Position numbers and translations under genes: made by a program
NCBI GenBank assembly: GCA_024626585.2
Contig: JANKJI020000004.1
Span: forward strand, 2,814,046-2,833,995
DNA from: Ginkgo biloba
Taxonomy: Eukaryota > Plantae > Ginkgophyta
Length of the DNA: 19,950 nucleotides
Direction: 5' to 3'
Shown here: one piece after another, positions 1 through 11,777 of the stretch
Numbering within the stretch: the stretch's first letter is position 1
Layout of the letters: every line of letters begins with the position of its first letter
The notes under the pieces: model-generated
The model's input: the letters and a program-made list of their open reading frames with translations, nothing else
Databases searched by the model: none
What the model was told of the DNA's origin: nothing

Positions 1-372
1 CAACACAACATGCTAGGAAGTTGGCATAGCTTCCAAGGCATTCTAAGACTTAAAGGTCCACATAGAGATCAATGTAGTCCTCAATTAGTGGCTTGGAGAG
101 CCTACACACCAAGCAGAAGATAAATAGTTAACACATTGAGAAATCCAAATTTGAAGACACTTTATTTTTCTCTCTCTCCATAAAAACAACTAAGAATTTA
201 AAGGTATACCAACATTTTAAAGAAGGAAACACAATTTGACTTAATGTTGGANNNNNNNNNNNNNNNNAATTTGAAAAACCTAGAAGGGCAACACCCACAT
301 TTTCTATCTTGTAAACCAAATCGTTGAAGTTGAAAATAGAAGCAACAACATTGAACGATGACAATTTGAGCC

Positions 373-777
373 AAATGACCTCAAACTGAGCTTGGATCTA
401 GTTCATTGGATGCCCCTTTAAAGACAATTATGAATGATATAATACTTGGTATTTTGGATTTCGAATAGAGTCAAGAGGTTCATTTTAGTGATGAACCCTT
501 TTGTTGTAATTCTATAGAAATAAAAGGTTGTGGAGCAAAATCAAAAGTGTTAACTTTGAGGCCAACAACTTAGGTCAAATGACCTTCAATTGACTTCAGG
601 ATTGTTCCACCAAAGCACCTTTAGAAGAGGATTGTGATGATATATAATACTTGGTATTTTGGACTATAAATAGAGTATAGAGGTCGATTTTTGTGATCAA
701 TCTTTTCGTTGAAATTCTGTAGAAACCAGAAGTTGTGCGAAACAAGATAGTAACTTTGAAGAAAGGCAACTTAGATC
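373..777. repeat. Degenerate tandem repeat, 2 copies of ~204 bp (373-576, 577-777)
   Basis: Both copies start aaatgacc (373, 577), share tataatacttggtattttgga (438, 643) and end caacttag(g/a)tc. Confidence 0.85.
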
Positions 778-779
778 TT

Positions 780-1840
780 TTCATTGTTTTTGAGGTTGAC
801 TCTCCACTTAGCTTCATACCAACAACTCTTAATGAGGAATATTCATATGACTATACAACCCACAAGATTACTCAATCTTTATTTCTTATGAAACGATGCT
901 TACCTTCTATTTCAAGGTGGACATGGTTCTTGAAATTCTAAGATTACTATTATCACTTCCCAAATTGGCCTTTTAGTACTACATTTAACTATATCGCTTT
1001 CACCTTAGAAGTAGTTTGAGGCTCATGTCCAATGTGAGATGAATCCAAATACTCTACGTCCTTTTGGATGTGTCTATTATGAGAGAGACCCCAATTATTT
1101 CCATCTCTTAACTTAGCATATGTCAAAACCTGATGCCTTTGACTCTTCTATAACCTAATTCCTTTTACTCTTTTAAAATTTTAGTCCTTTGACTCTTCTA
1201 TATTATGCATACCTTGGATGTATTCCAAATAGGAGTAGTACAAGAAGTATGACCATTGAGATAGGTTTAAATCTTCTGTGTTTTGCAAATTTCGCCTCTT
1301 GTGGAAGGAGTTCCTTGAAATGTCTCAAATCTTCTTCCATTTTCTTGCACTTACTATATTATTTGTTACTTCCCTTATATTTTCCTCAATCCCTTATTAN
1401 NNNNNNNNNNNNNNNNNNNNNNNNNNNNNNNNNNNNNNNNNNNNNNNNNNNNNNNNNNNNNNNNNNNNNNNNNNNNNNNNNNNNNNNNNNNNNNNNNNNC
1501 CTTTAACCCACCAATGTAAATCTTGAGGAGTTTATCCTCACTCAATCCCCCTACTCTTGTAGCCAATTTTTGATATTGAGTGGTGTATTCCATGATGAAT
1601 TTTATTTGTCTTATTTTAGTTAGTCAGCTAAAATATTCATATTCCTAGACATTATCCGATTGGTTGATGAGACCATCTATGAAATTCTCCTACCTATATT
1701 ACAACCCTAACCACTTCTTCTCCATCCAATGATACCATTAAAATGGTCCAATATCCATGTGTAGGTATTATAATGTAATTTTTTTATCTGTTGTTATATG
1801 GTGGAGACAGAAATATTACTCCATCTAATTGATCCAAGTT
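780..1840 (-). mobile_element. Decayed Ty3/gypsy LTR-retrotransposon gag (Retrotrans_gag-like) running toward the gag-protease linker
   Basis: Minus-strand translation of ~1840-1500 is TWIN*ME*YFCLHH...YLHMDIGPF*WYHW...*LTKIRQIKFIMEYTTQYQKLATRVGGLSEDKLLKIYIGGLK, which matches the plant gypsy gag pattern WIxxMExYF...WxxW...LxQxxxVxEY...LATRV...YIGGLK. LSGESTSKTMK near 780-815 resembles the pre-protease ALSGxxxPxTMK motif. There are many in-frame stops, and the left boundary is approximate. Confidence 0.85.
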
Positions 1841-2339
1841 CATATATCAAATAGACAATAGTGGATAGGCAAATCCTGTAGTTGTCCCAAACATAGTAGG
1901 AAAAACAAAAAAACGTTGTTTTTACTAATTGGGGAACATTTGTTTATTGAATATTACCATTTGGTTTATCTGATGTTCTAACCACAAACAACAAATGATC
2001 CTGAATATTTTTTTCAATTTGAGTGGCAAGCACGTAGACGTTTTGCTAGATGATTGTACACTTTAAGGTACTTTAAGGAATCACTTGGATAACATTCAAG
2101 AAATAGCCTATACGCAAATTTATGGCATGAACAACCAAATCTCACATGATGTATCCAAGATATTAACTGCTGTGTGCAAACATTCATTAAGTAATATTGG
2201 CATGCAACCTGCATTTATGGAAGAATGCCAAAAGAGGTTGCAGTTGATGTTGTTGCTTGCTGGCAAAAAAGTCAAAATATAATCCAAGAATACAAAACAC
2301 TTTCCAAAAGAAAGCTCCCAATTATTATTCATAATTTTG

Positions 2340-5300
2340 ATTCTTTTCCCTTCTTGACATTTTAGACAAACCAAGATTTCTACAATAAAAGCTTAAAGGC
2401 ATACCACCTTTTAGGATTTTACCCATTTGTTAGATATTTCCCCACTCCACCAAATTGGCACACTATACCTTTTGGTTTAATGTGTGTAGTGATAGTTGGC
2501 TTATCCAATAATGAGGAGGCGAGTTGGTTGGAGTATGTTTTATGCATAGTCGTCATTATTGACTTGAATTATTTTCCTAGCTCCTTCATGTTTAGGGACA
2601 ATGTTATCCAACTTTTAGAACACCAAATCAATCTCTCCTCTCATATCTTTTGTGAATCCTTTGCTAAGCAAAAAATGCACTTATTCTCATTTCTTCAAAT
2701 TTCTAACTGTTTCTTGAGCCCAACCTTTCGCAATTCTCTAATGTAACATTTCTACAACATTTGGAATTTGATTGCACATGGACATAAGCCAATCCATTCT
2801 AAGGTGTTGTGCCTTGAGATGTTAATCCAATTGCCTTTGTCATTAATTTGAAACTTGGTGTAGGTAAAGTTCAATATCATTTATACTTCTAGATAACTAT
2901 AAACAAATTATTTAATAATAATAAATTGTGATATAATAATAGCATGCAATCATATAACTCATCTAGGCTATAAAAGCATAACTTTCCTTACAAGTAAAAT
3001 CTCCTCATCTTTACAATTCACAAGATTCTCCTTTTANNNNNNNNNNGGGTTTTCTTCTAATTCTCCATAATAACATGTTTATCTTTGGTTTATTGATGTT
3101 GCCCCTCAATGAGATTGGTGTCATTTATTTAGTGCAGTTCCACAAGTTGTATATCCTTTTTTCAACTCCCTGTGGTTGAACCTTTTTGTCCAACTTTTCC
3201 CATCTCCATCCTTTTGAACCATTGAAGGTCCTATCCCAAAACTCCCATGTTTTGACTTTTAACAAGGATTTATATAAGTTGGTAACTTGTCTTCTATGGT
3301 ATGATACTTCCCTATCTAATAATTGCTCTATCTCCTCTAATATCACTAAAGAATGATGACTCTTTGATTTTGTAGCCTTTACCAAATATCCTTGCAAGAT
3401 TTTTCTTAAGCTATTATGGGAAATTGTGAGCCCCTCCACTATGGGTTCCAACATAATTCAAGAAGATGTCCTACCCTTCCTTAGCCATAATGTTCCACAC
3501 CTCAGACACTTTCAATTTTTTTAGACTTGACCAACCCTTCATCTGCTTGTACCATTGAATTATTTTCTATTAATCTTGGCTAGATTGGATTAATTCCCAT
3601 TATCTTTTTGCTCAAAAGGACTTTAACATTAGGAGTCTTTCAAATTTATGCCTCCTTTCGATTTTGGGAGCATTATTTTTTTCCAACTCATTAGAGTGAA
3701 GTTATTTTCCTCTTTCTTTCGCTTCCATGAAAATCTTTAATAGATTATTTTTTATCTTGGACCATAATCTTAGGAAAAAAGTGAAATTCAGTGATATACT
3801 AGCATAGCCATAATGGTTGACTGAAGAATGATTATTTTTCCTTCCATGTTTTTGTGTGGCATTGGCCAAGATTGGATTTTAGTTGTGAAATTTTGAAGGC
3901 ACATTTCCAAATCCTTGGTTAACACACTCTTGAATCCTAGGAGAATTTCTAGATAGTTAACTAAATCATTGCAAAAAATCTGCATGATTATTCCCTTATG
4001 AATCTCATTCCTATTATGAAACATTATTTGAGCTTATTTTTGTCCACCTTTGCTCTTGAAGCTTGCTCAAACACGATTAACATCTCGTCCAAAATTTATA
4101 ACTCTAACAACATTGCCTTCCTATCAATATTAGGTCAACATACATTTGATGAATTGTATTCACCATGTTTTGTATCATGTCTATAACCTCCATAATTTCA
4201 TTTCCTTGGCACCAATTTCATTTTCTTGGGAAGCTAATTGTCACTATTACATACAATAATAGGGATAACAAACAACCTTGCCTTATCCCACTTGAAGTTG
4301 CAAAGAATTTAGTTTTCTTTTTGTTGATGGTGTTTGATCAATTCTTTTCAAGTATTTCTTTGGTTCTCCAGCGCTAACATACGTGGTCTCCTTAGCTTCT
4401 TCCTGCCTCCCTAGATTCTATAGATCTGCCTTGGGAATAACTTGAATGCTAAAGCAGTCTCTTTGTCCAAGTTCATATTGTGCTATCTTCCATTCATAAA
4501 TTCTTTGGTTAGAATTTGTAAGTGATGTTGGGTTGGGTAGGGGAATTTCCCCTTCTTCATTCGGCTCATGGTCCTCTTCCATTGTCGCTCTATACGTTTC
4601 CTCTATGATTACCATGTCTTCAACGAATTCTTGTCGCCCAGGCTCCTCTCTGCTTCTCAAAGGAACCAATATATTTTTTTCGTCGCCTTTCAATTTGATT
4701 CATTTTTTCTCCAAGCTTAGTGATGCTTGCATTTGGTACCCCCATGGTCGTCCTACTAGTGCTGTGTACGACCCTTGGAATCCCTCAAGATCTAGGACTT
4801 CAAAGTCAGATCTGGCTTCCACTCCCTATAGGNNNNNNNNNNNNNNNNNNNNNNNNNNNNNNNNNNNNNNNNNNNNNNNNNNNNNNNNNNNNNNNNNNNN
4901 NNNNNNNNNNNNNNNNNNNNNNNNNNNNNNNNTTCTTTGTGTTGATAATAAAACACATTCTTATCATTCTCAAAGAGGTTGCAACCCATTTGAAGATTAA
5001 AGATGCGATTCCTTAGCCAAAATGCTTCATGCCAAGAAGGGTGATTCAACCCTATTCTAAGCTTTGTGGATGTCTACCTTGAGTGGCATTGTGTTGTCCC
5101 CTGATTGTTTCATTGTGTGGTTTGTTTGTGTATCAATGATGTTGTTTGAAACTTTCCTAGCTTTCACAAACCTTGATGGATTTGGGTGTATGATATACAA
5201 GCTAAATTTTTGCAACCTAATGGAAATTATTTTGGAGATGATTGTATATGACACATTGAAAAGGGCTATCGACCTCCAACCCTTGAACTCATTTGCACAT

Positions 5301-6527
5301 TTCCTTTTTATTATCAATGCTTAAGTAATGAACAAAACCAAAGACTGGTGGATGAACCCAAATTCCTTGGTTTATGTAATCACCTCCAACACTTTTTGTT
5401 TAATAAATTAAAAAAACATTTGATACAATACTGTCGGAATACAGTTTGGTCCGAGATTCATATTTTTCTAAATGCTTTTGATTACCTTCCACACTTTCCC
5501 TTTTGATACCACACCTTCAATCTATTGTATCTCTTGTAAGATTCACACCAATTGATTTATAGAGATTGGCATTTAAATTGCATTGAGTGTTTTTGGGTTC
5601 TCTCAATCCTCTTGCCACAATTTGGAAAAATAATCGACAAACTCCTAAGTGCAAANNNNNNNNNNNNNNNNNNNNNNNNNNCAATGGTGTTGGCATTTTT
5701 TTCCCTTATTGCTCCTATGACTTTGTGACAAAATCTTGGTGCATTTGTCCCCATAGATATCCTACTTGGTCTTATCTTTGATTCTAGCTTGCCCTAATTC
5801 CTTTTGATTATCCACTTCCACTTCCTATGTGATTTCCTATAAATCGTGGTATCGCCCATTTTGTTTTGACTTGCTTTGGTTCTATCCCATATATCATCTT
5901 ATTCTCTCTTCAAATTCTTCTCTCCTTACTGTTATCAACAACCCTTTTCTTTCCCATATTGCTTCATGAAAGTTTTGACTCCTAGATTCATCTTTATCCA
6001 TCTTCTAATTAGGTTTAAGTCTTGATTTGTCATCAGTGTTGTCCAAAGCTTTGCCATTTGTATTTTGAATTAGCAATCTTGGAAATGACTTTCATTGGCC
6101 TTGAAAGGCAGATGATTTTTTCCAACAAATAAATTTGGACAGAGAAATCTAGAATAGTTGGAATGTGATATGATATAACTATTAAAAAAATGTTGTGATA
6201 AATTGTTAGTTGATCATCTTCCTTTAATTTATCAATTATATAAGCATTGTCTATCCTCCTACAAATGGTATGGAGATCTTTTCTGTTGTTTTTCTTATTG
6301 AATTTTGTTCTCCCTTGCCACTTGGTTTTGAGAGAGCAAAAGATGGTTTTAGATATTGGAAAGCTTACTCCTGCCCTCTATTTCTTTGGCATCCCTTTGA
6401 TTTCAAGTACTCATTGCTCTATGAATAGTTGAAGTCCCGTACAATGACCAATCTTCGAAAATTGAGAATGTTCTTAATTAGTAACCTTGGAATTTTGTTT
6501 AACAATTTATTTCTATTTATAAATGCA
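2340..6527 (-). mobile_element. Decayed L1-clade LINE ORF2 (endonuclease, reverse transcriptase, C-terminal zinc-finger region), interrupted at ~4329-4932
   Basis: Collinear minus-strand motifs: IVRDFN (~6430-6450, EEP GDFN); GDKCTK (~5740, GDxNTxFFH); WRSIALFNVSYTIISKIISIRL...KVDIHKA (5057-5317, RT RPIALCNVxYKIISK...KLDxxKAYD); GIRQGC (4272-4289); HQMYVD (4134-4151, catalytic FADD position); YLEILL...KIQSW...GKIIILQS (3788-4024); MSWKKIMLPKSKGGINL (~3645-3695); KCIFC (~2670). Stops and frameshifts occur throughout, and the ends are approximate. Confidence 0.9.
4380..4832 (-). mobile_element. Gypsy (Tat/Athila-like) pol fragment: C-terminal half of the aspartic protease plus linker, nested in the LINE
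   Basis: Minus-strand DFEVLDLEGFQGSYTALVGRPW (GRPW at 4742-4753) followed by IKLKGDEKNILVPL matches the gypsy protease C-terminal motif DFxV...YxxLLGRPW...IKF. Confidence 0.7.
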
Positions 6528-7235
6528 NNNNNNNNNNNNNNNNNNNNNNNNNNNNNNNNNNNNNNNNNNNNNNNNNNNNNNNNNNNNNNNNNNNNNNNNN
6601 NNNNNNNNNNNNNNNNNNNNNNNNNNNNNNNNNNNNNNNNNNNNNNNNNNNNNNNNNNNNNNNNNNNNNNNNNNNNNNNNNNNNNNNNNNNNNNNNNNNN
6701 NNNNNNNNNNNNNNNNNNNNNNNNNNNNNNNNNNNNNNNNNNNNNNNNNNNNNNNNNNNNNNNNNNNNNNNNNNNNNNNNNNNNNNNNNNNNNNNNNNNN
6801 NNNNNNNNNNNNNNNNNNNNNNNNNNNNNNNNNNNNNNNNNNNNNNNNNNNNNNNNNNNNNNNNNNNNNNNNNNNNNNNNNNNNNNNNNNNNNNNNNNNN
6901 NNNNNNNNNNNNNNNNNNNNNCCATTAAATGTGCCCTAACTATTGTATTATTGTGCCTTTAATGCTTTATTAATTTGCCTTAAATCTAACTCATTTATGT
7001 GTCATTAAATGTTGTTGAAATTGTATGGACTGGATGTACGAACAATTTATGTGGATTATCTAGGCTTTCCTTTGCTATGTCACTTTTGCCATACTTGCTC
7101 CCTCTATAACAAATGCATCTTGATTGCCATCAACATGTTGGAATCTTACCTTTGACTCACTCAACACTCCTTTGACTGGGTGGAATCTCTCTATTATTTG
7201 CTTTGAATCTCTCATTTGTGCTTAATATCATCATT

Positions 7236-7930
7236 TGTAACAACCCACCCTTACTTCTACCTGCAATAGATCTACAAATACACATAGTCATGCATAAAAG
7301 AGTGAGGCAACTTTAGTCATGCATTTAGAAATGGAAAACAACCATAATCAAATAGTGCAATGGAAACCCATACATTGTAGATATTTGGACATTTTAATTT
7401 ATGGTCATTGTTAGTAAAATGCATTAGTTTATAGATTAGTAGGAAAGGGACTATTAGACCAGAGTTGACTTGCAGTAGGTATCTTACCCACCTTTTGTTT
7501 GCCATGGAGACTACCTATTAGGGCTTACTAATGCAGGTGACCAAACCTCTAGCGCATAAGTACCACCATTAGTGCCTAGTGACTATAATTGATTTACTAG
7601 ACTCCAACCCACAACCCCACATTAATAAGGATGCTAGGTGTAGGCCTCTTGTAACCTCTCGTTAGCATCTAGATAGCCCTAGACAACTAGGGTATCCTCC
7701 CTCATTGTAAGTTAATGATTTCTAGTATAATAAAACCCTAGGGCTACGCCAATAGACCCTCACCCGGGAATCCTATCGACTATAAAAACACCATGGTTGC
7801 ACCAACAAACCATAGATCTAGACTACACTATAGTCAATCTGCCTACAACTACACCATTAGTCATAGACCTTGTAGCTACACCAATAAATTATAGATCGGT
7901 AGATAATCTAGACGTCCATCCAATAGGGGT
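7236..7930. mobile_element. LTR-like non-coding retrotransposon sequence
   Basis: Begins tgtaacaaccc (TG terminus typical of LTRs) and lies just 3' of a minus-strand integrase. It has degenerate short repeats (atagatc/ctacac) and shares blocks with 19520-19670. Confidence 0.5.
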
Positions 7931-7995
7931 NNNNNNNNNNNNNNNNNNNNNNNNNNNNNNNNNNNNNNNNNNNNNNNNNNNNNNNNNNNNNNNNT

Positions 7996-8640
7996 TCCTT
8001 TAAAATTCTTAAGATCCAATTCTAAAGGAATAAGAAGATCATATCCATACATAGTTCGAAAGGGAGTCATATGTATAGATGAATACTTACTATTGTTATA
8101 TGTGAAATCTACACATGGGAGCTTTTCTTCCCAACTTTTCTGTGTTGCAACCACATGCAATATCAACATGTCCTCCATAATTTTCGTAGCCGCTTCACAA
8201 TCACTTACAATATTCTTTGGTACTCCATACTTGGTAAGGACTTCGACCACCATAAAATCAACAATGTCCTTTCCCTTTTGTGTCATTCTGTAAGGGATAA
8301 ACCTGGTTTTTGTAAGTCTATCAACCACCACCAAGATTTGAACATGTTGACTCTAAGTACTCAATAGGGAAGCAATAAAGTCCATATTGATCCTCTCCCA
8401 TTTGACTTCTAGGACTAAAAAATGTTTCATTTCTACAGATACAAGTTTAGCAACTTGCATGAAGATGCCAAACAAAGCGTTGTTCACAACCTAAACTTAG
8501 TTGCTATGTTGCCAGAGGTCTTGTGTCATCTTTCTAATATTCCTAGTGCTAAATCATGCAGTGCAAAATTATATAAACACCTCTAGTGAGGTCACCTAGC
8601 TTTGGGAACTTTTCTTACCAAAAACATGCGTTGGAAAGTC
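7996..8640 (-). mobile_element. Ty3/gypsy integrase pseudogene with an internal deletion
   Basis: KWERINMDFI...VVVDRLTK...YGVPKNIVSD...IMEDML...WEEKLPCVDFTYNNSKYSSIHMTPFRTMYG matches gypsy rve integrase. The segment RDxxFTS...HPQTDGQTER is missing. Confidence 0.92.
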
Positions 8641-9984
8641 ACTATAATGAAGATGCCCTGATTGCAGAGTGTGTAGAAAAATACAACAGAATAAAACCAA
8701 TGCCTTCTATGGCTGTGTCTGGTTAGCCAGAATGTAGAATCTGAAAGGTAGAATGAAGGCACTTTGCGGGGAGAAGAATAATAATGTCTTAAGGGCTGCC
8801 TAAGCCCTGACCAATTCTTATGTATGCTAGAATACTAGGCACAAACAACCACATAAGGGCTAGACTTAATCTTGGAGCTGTTGATGCTCCAAGAAACCCC
8901 TTGTGACCCTCTATTGTCACAACTTACCCTCTAAAGGGAGGCACCCTCTGTTGGAGCACCTCTAAGGCTTAGCCTTCACTCTTTTCTCTCTCTTCACAAC
9001 TTTCTCTAGGGAATTAATCAATAATTGTAAAAGACATGCACTAGCTTTAANNNNNNNNNNGAACTAGCCATTGAAGTTAACTTGTCATTTTTCACTTTTC
9101 CTGAGATAAGATTCACTTGGCTTTTTTGGGCTATAAAATCCTTTCACTGCTGGATTTTCTTTGATATTTCTTGGATTGTCCCTGTTGACTGTTGAATTTT
9201 TCCGTCAATACGCTGCTGCCACGTGCCCCAATTATGTGCTAATAGATTTAACTTTCCTGTAATTTTTGGATTCTACATGANNNNNNNNNNNNNNNNNNNN
9301 NNNNNNNNNNNNNNNNNNNNNNNNNNNNNNNNNNNNNNNNNNNNNNNNNNNNNNNNNNNNNNNNNNNNNNNATCTTGAGTGCACTAAAGGCTGGAATTAG
9401 TTGGCCAAACTAGCATCGACTGTTTCGTGCGGTATGAATCAAATTTTGAGGTTTTTTTTCATTTGATTCAAAGCAGAAAAATATCAAACTTTTATGTTCC
9501 TTTGCAACTACACTTCTCACATATGAATCTGGTGGTCAATACTAGAGTAGATCTATGAGCAAGATCATATGCATGTATAAATTACAGAGCAAGAGCAAGA
9601 CAGTCACAGCCATGATAAAATTGATAACTGCAATCTCCAAGATTGTTCTAGGACCAAGTTGCCAACCAAATTGATCAGATACAAATTTAACTCCACGTGC
9701 TCCTTCCTGGTGGCGAGTTACTGAAAACTCCCACTTCACACAAATGGAATATAGCCCCCTCGACCAATGGTATCTCCATATCCACGACCAAGTACCAACA
9801 ACAGCCTGACTGGTTTGGACTGCTATGCCATAACATGGGGAGAATGGAACCTGAAATGTACCGGAGGCAAGCTGAATGTCTTGGCTATCAAGAAAAATAA
9901 CACTGTTTTCATTCAGTGGTGCTTGTGCAAGATTCAAATTGTTTCTCTCCATTATTAACAAATGNNNNNNNNNNTCTGCACTCT

Positions 9985-10046
9985 GTCAAAAAAGACAAAT
10001 AAGAATATTTCTTTGGTCAAAAAGGACAAATAAGAATATTTCTTTG
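9985..10046. repeat. 31-bp tandem duplication (2 copies, 1 mismatch)
   Basis: gtcaaaaa(a/g)gacaaataagaatatttctttg at 9985-10015 and 10016-10046. Confidence 0.95.
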
Positions 10047-10486
10047 AACAACTTAAAAGTCAACAAAAGGCTGTCTGACTTAAGCTGCTTCCTTAGACTA
10101 ACTCAGTTGAAAAGTTGGGTCTACTGAAGGAGATTAATAATTATTTCTTTAAACTAATATAAGTTAATTTTAAGGCCCAAAGGCACACACAAGATGCCCA
10201 AGGGCAGTACAATTTGCAAGCTCTTCCACAAGTTTATATCCCAGAGAGAGTTGAAGCATTGCCAAACCAGTTAAANNNNNNNNNNNNNNNNNNNNNNNNN
10301 NNNNNNNNNNNNNNTTGAAGATATAAAAAAGAAATTACTATGACAAGGAATATGCTTGTTCATCGTCCATTTTTCTAGTAAAATGCTAAATTAGTCTGCT
10401 CTTGTGTATAGCTTTCTCAATGTCTTGTTAATTATTTAACTATATTTTGATCTATGTGGTTGTCTGTTTTCTGATACTGTGAACAG

Positions 10487-10584
10487 ATATGGGATAGTCT
10501 GATCATCGAGACAGCTATGAAAGACTTTTATGACANNNNNNNNNNNNNNNNNNNATGATAGAAGACATTCAGAGAAATATAACT
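10487..10584 (+). CDS. Plant S1/P1 nuclease (ENDO/BFN1 family), internal coding exon: IWDSLIIETAMKDFYD-(gap)-MIEDIQRNIT
   Basis: Acceptor gaacag| and donor |gtatgt, phase 0/0. Matches the plant ENDO segment (NLHH)VWDxxIIxxA...YxxD...NIT, including the Zn-binding Asp and the NIT sequon. Contains a 19-N gap. Confidence 0.92.
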
Positions 10585-10592
10585 GTATGTGC

Positions 10593-10610
10593 CTCTCTCT
10601 CTCTCTCTCT
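10593..10610. repeat. (CT)9 microsatellite at the intron 5' end
   Basis: ctctctctctctctctct starts 8 nt after the exon donor. Confidence 0.9.
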
Positions 10611-11777
10611 GAGTGCATGGGTGTGTATATGAATTGGTCTGCCTCTGCTGATATGTCCTTGGTAGAAGAATCAAATTATAATACATAAGAAAGCAGTTAC
10701 CAATTTGAATGGCTGATAAAAGCCTAGAGAAAGGTGATTCCCTTTTTTCTAATATGTTTTGTTAATTCATGGAAAAGCCTAGAGGGGGCTCACTAGAGAA
10801 TGTCTTTACTCTGATAATGTTTGTAAGTTTTGAGGAGCATGAGATGCACTAATATGTTGACCAGGGATATTTTATCTGTGCTATTGAATGTTACATTGTG
10901 TGTCAATAGATTTTCTAAGAAACTGTGATATGAAAGAGATTTGAATCACAGATGACCTTGTTAAAGCTGCCACAATCATCTAGTAATGTGAGTTCAAAAA
11001 AATTGATAAACAATGCGAAAAAGGAAAACAGACAAAAAAATACAAGCCCTGAATATAGGTTTTTCAACACTAAAATGTACCTCTGAATTGTAAAGTCTAA
11101 ACAAGCAGAATGCATTGAAAAAAATATCTAGTGTCGAATGCAAGATTATTTGAAGGATAACAAAGCCAAAATAGAAGCACCAGCTCACTGCTCATTTTCT
11201 TCTATATAGAAAATTATGAAGATGAATGACTACCTTCTTTTCCAGTAACTCTTCTAATATAATCTAACAATAACTGACACAATTATAAGTAACGAACGGT
11301 GGGTAATAAAAAAATATAAGCTATTACAGAGAATTGGCAGTTACAGCCAGTTATCTACACTACTACTTATCAATTCAAAATCCAATGCCTAATTATGTAA
11401 TGGAGGGGGATGTGCACATAAGAAACATCCTCCTAACATAATCAGATAGCTGCCACCTGCAACCCAAACTTCAAGCATAATATTAGAAAAGATAGGAAGA
11501 AATATACTGCCACCATTAAAACATAACAGTGAGCTAAGCACGCAGAACTGAACAAGCCATACACATAATCACAACTCAAATAGAAATTCATACATATCAT
11601 GGATTGATGTACTTGTCACAACTTCTCCAGCTGAATTCCTCAGTCTTACATACAATAGCTATTGACCATTATCTGACTTTCCCGCATAAATCCTCCTTTT
11701 GCTTCTATGCTTACCAAACGCCAGCAGTCATTTTAGGAGCCTGATGAAGCATTAGCATGAAGAGCAATGTTAATGCA

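Noticed and set aside
6419-6962. Long ORFs spanning N runs (also 1189-1526, 4533-5049, 11927-12155, 15523-16138)
   Set aside because: They are open mainly because Ns translate as X. Their flanking residues are TE remnants or non-coding.
9216-9224. G-box/ABRE-like gccacgtg (also cacgtg at ~9694 and ~13948)
   Set aside because: These short motifs lie in TE or intron context with no transcription start evidence.
10536-10554. Apparent frameshifts in nuclease exons (19-N gap here, 10-N gap at 16277-16286) suggesting a pseudogene
   Set aside because: The gap lengths are assembly estimates (about 14 nt and 2 nt expected by homology). The called bases contain no stops and the splice sites are intact.
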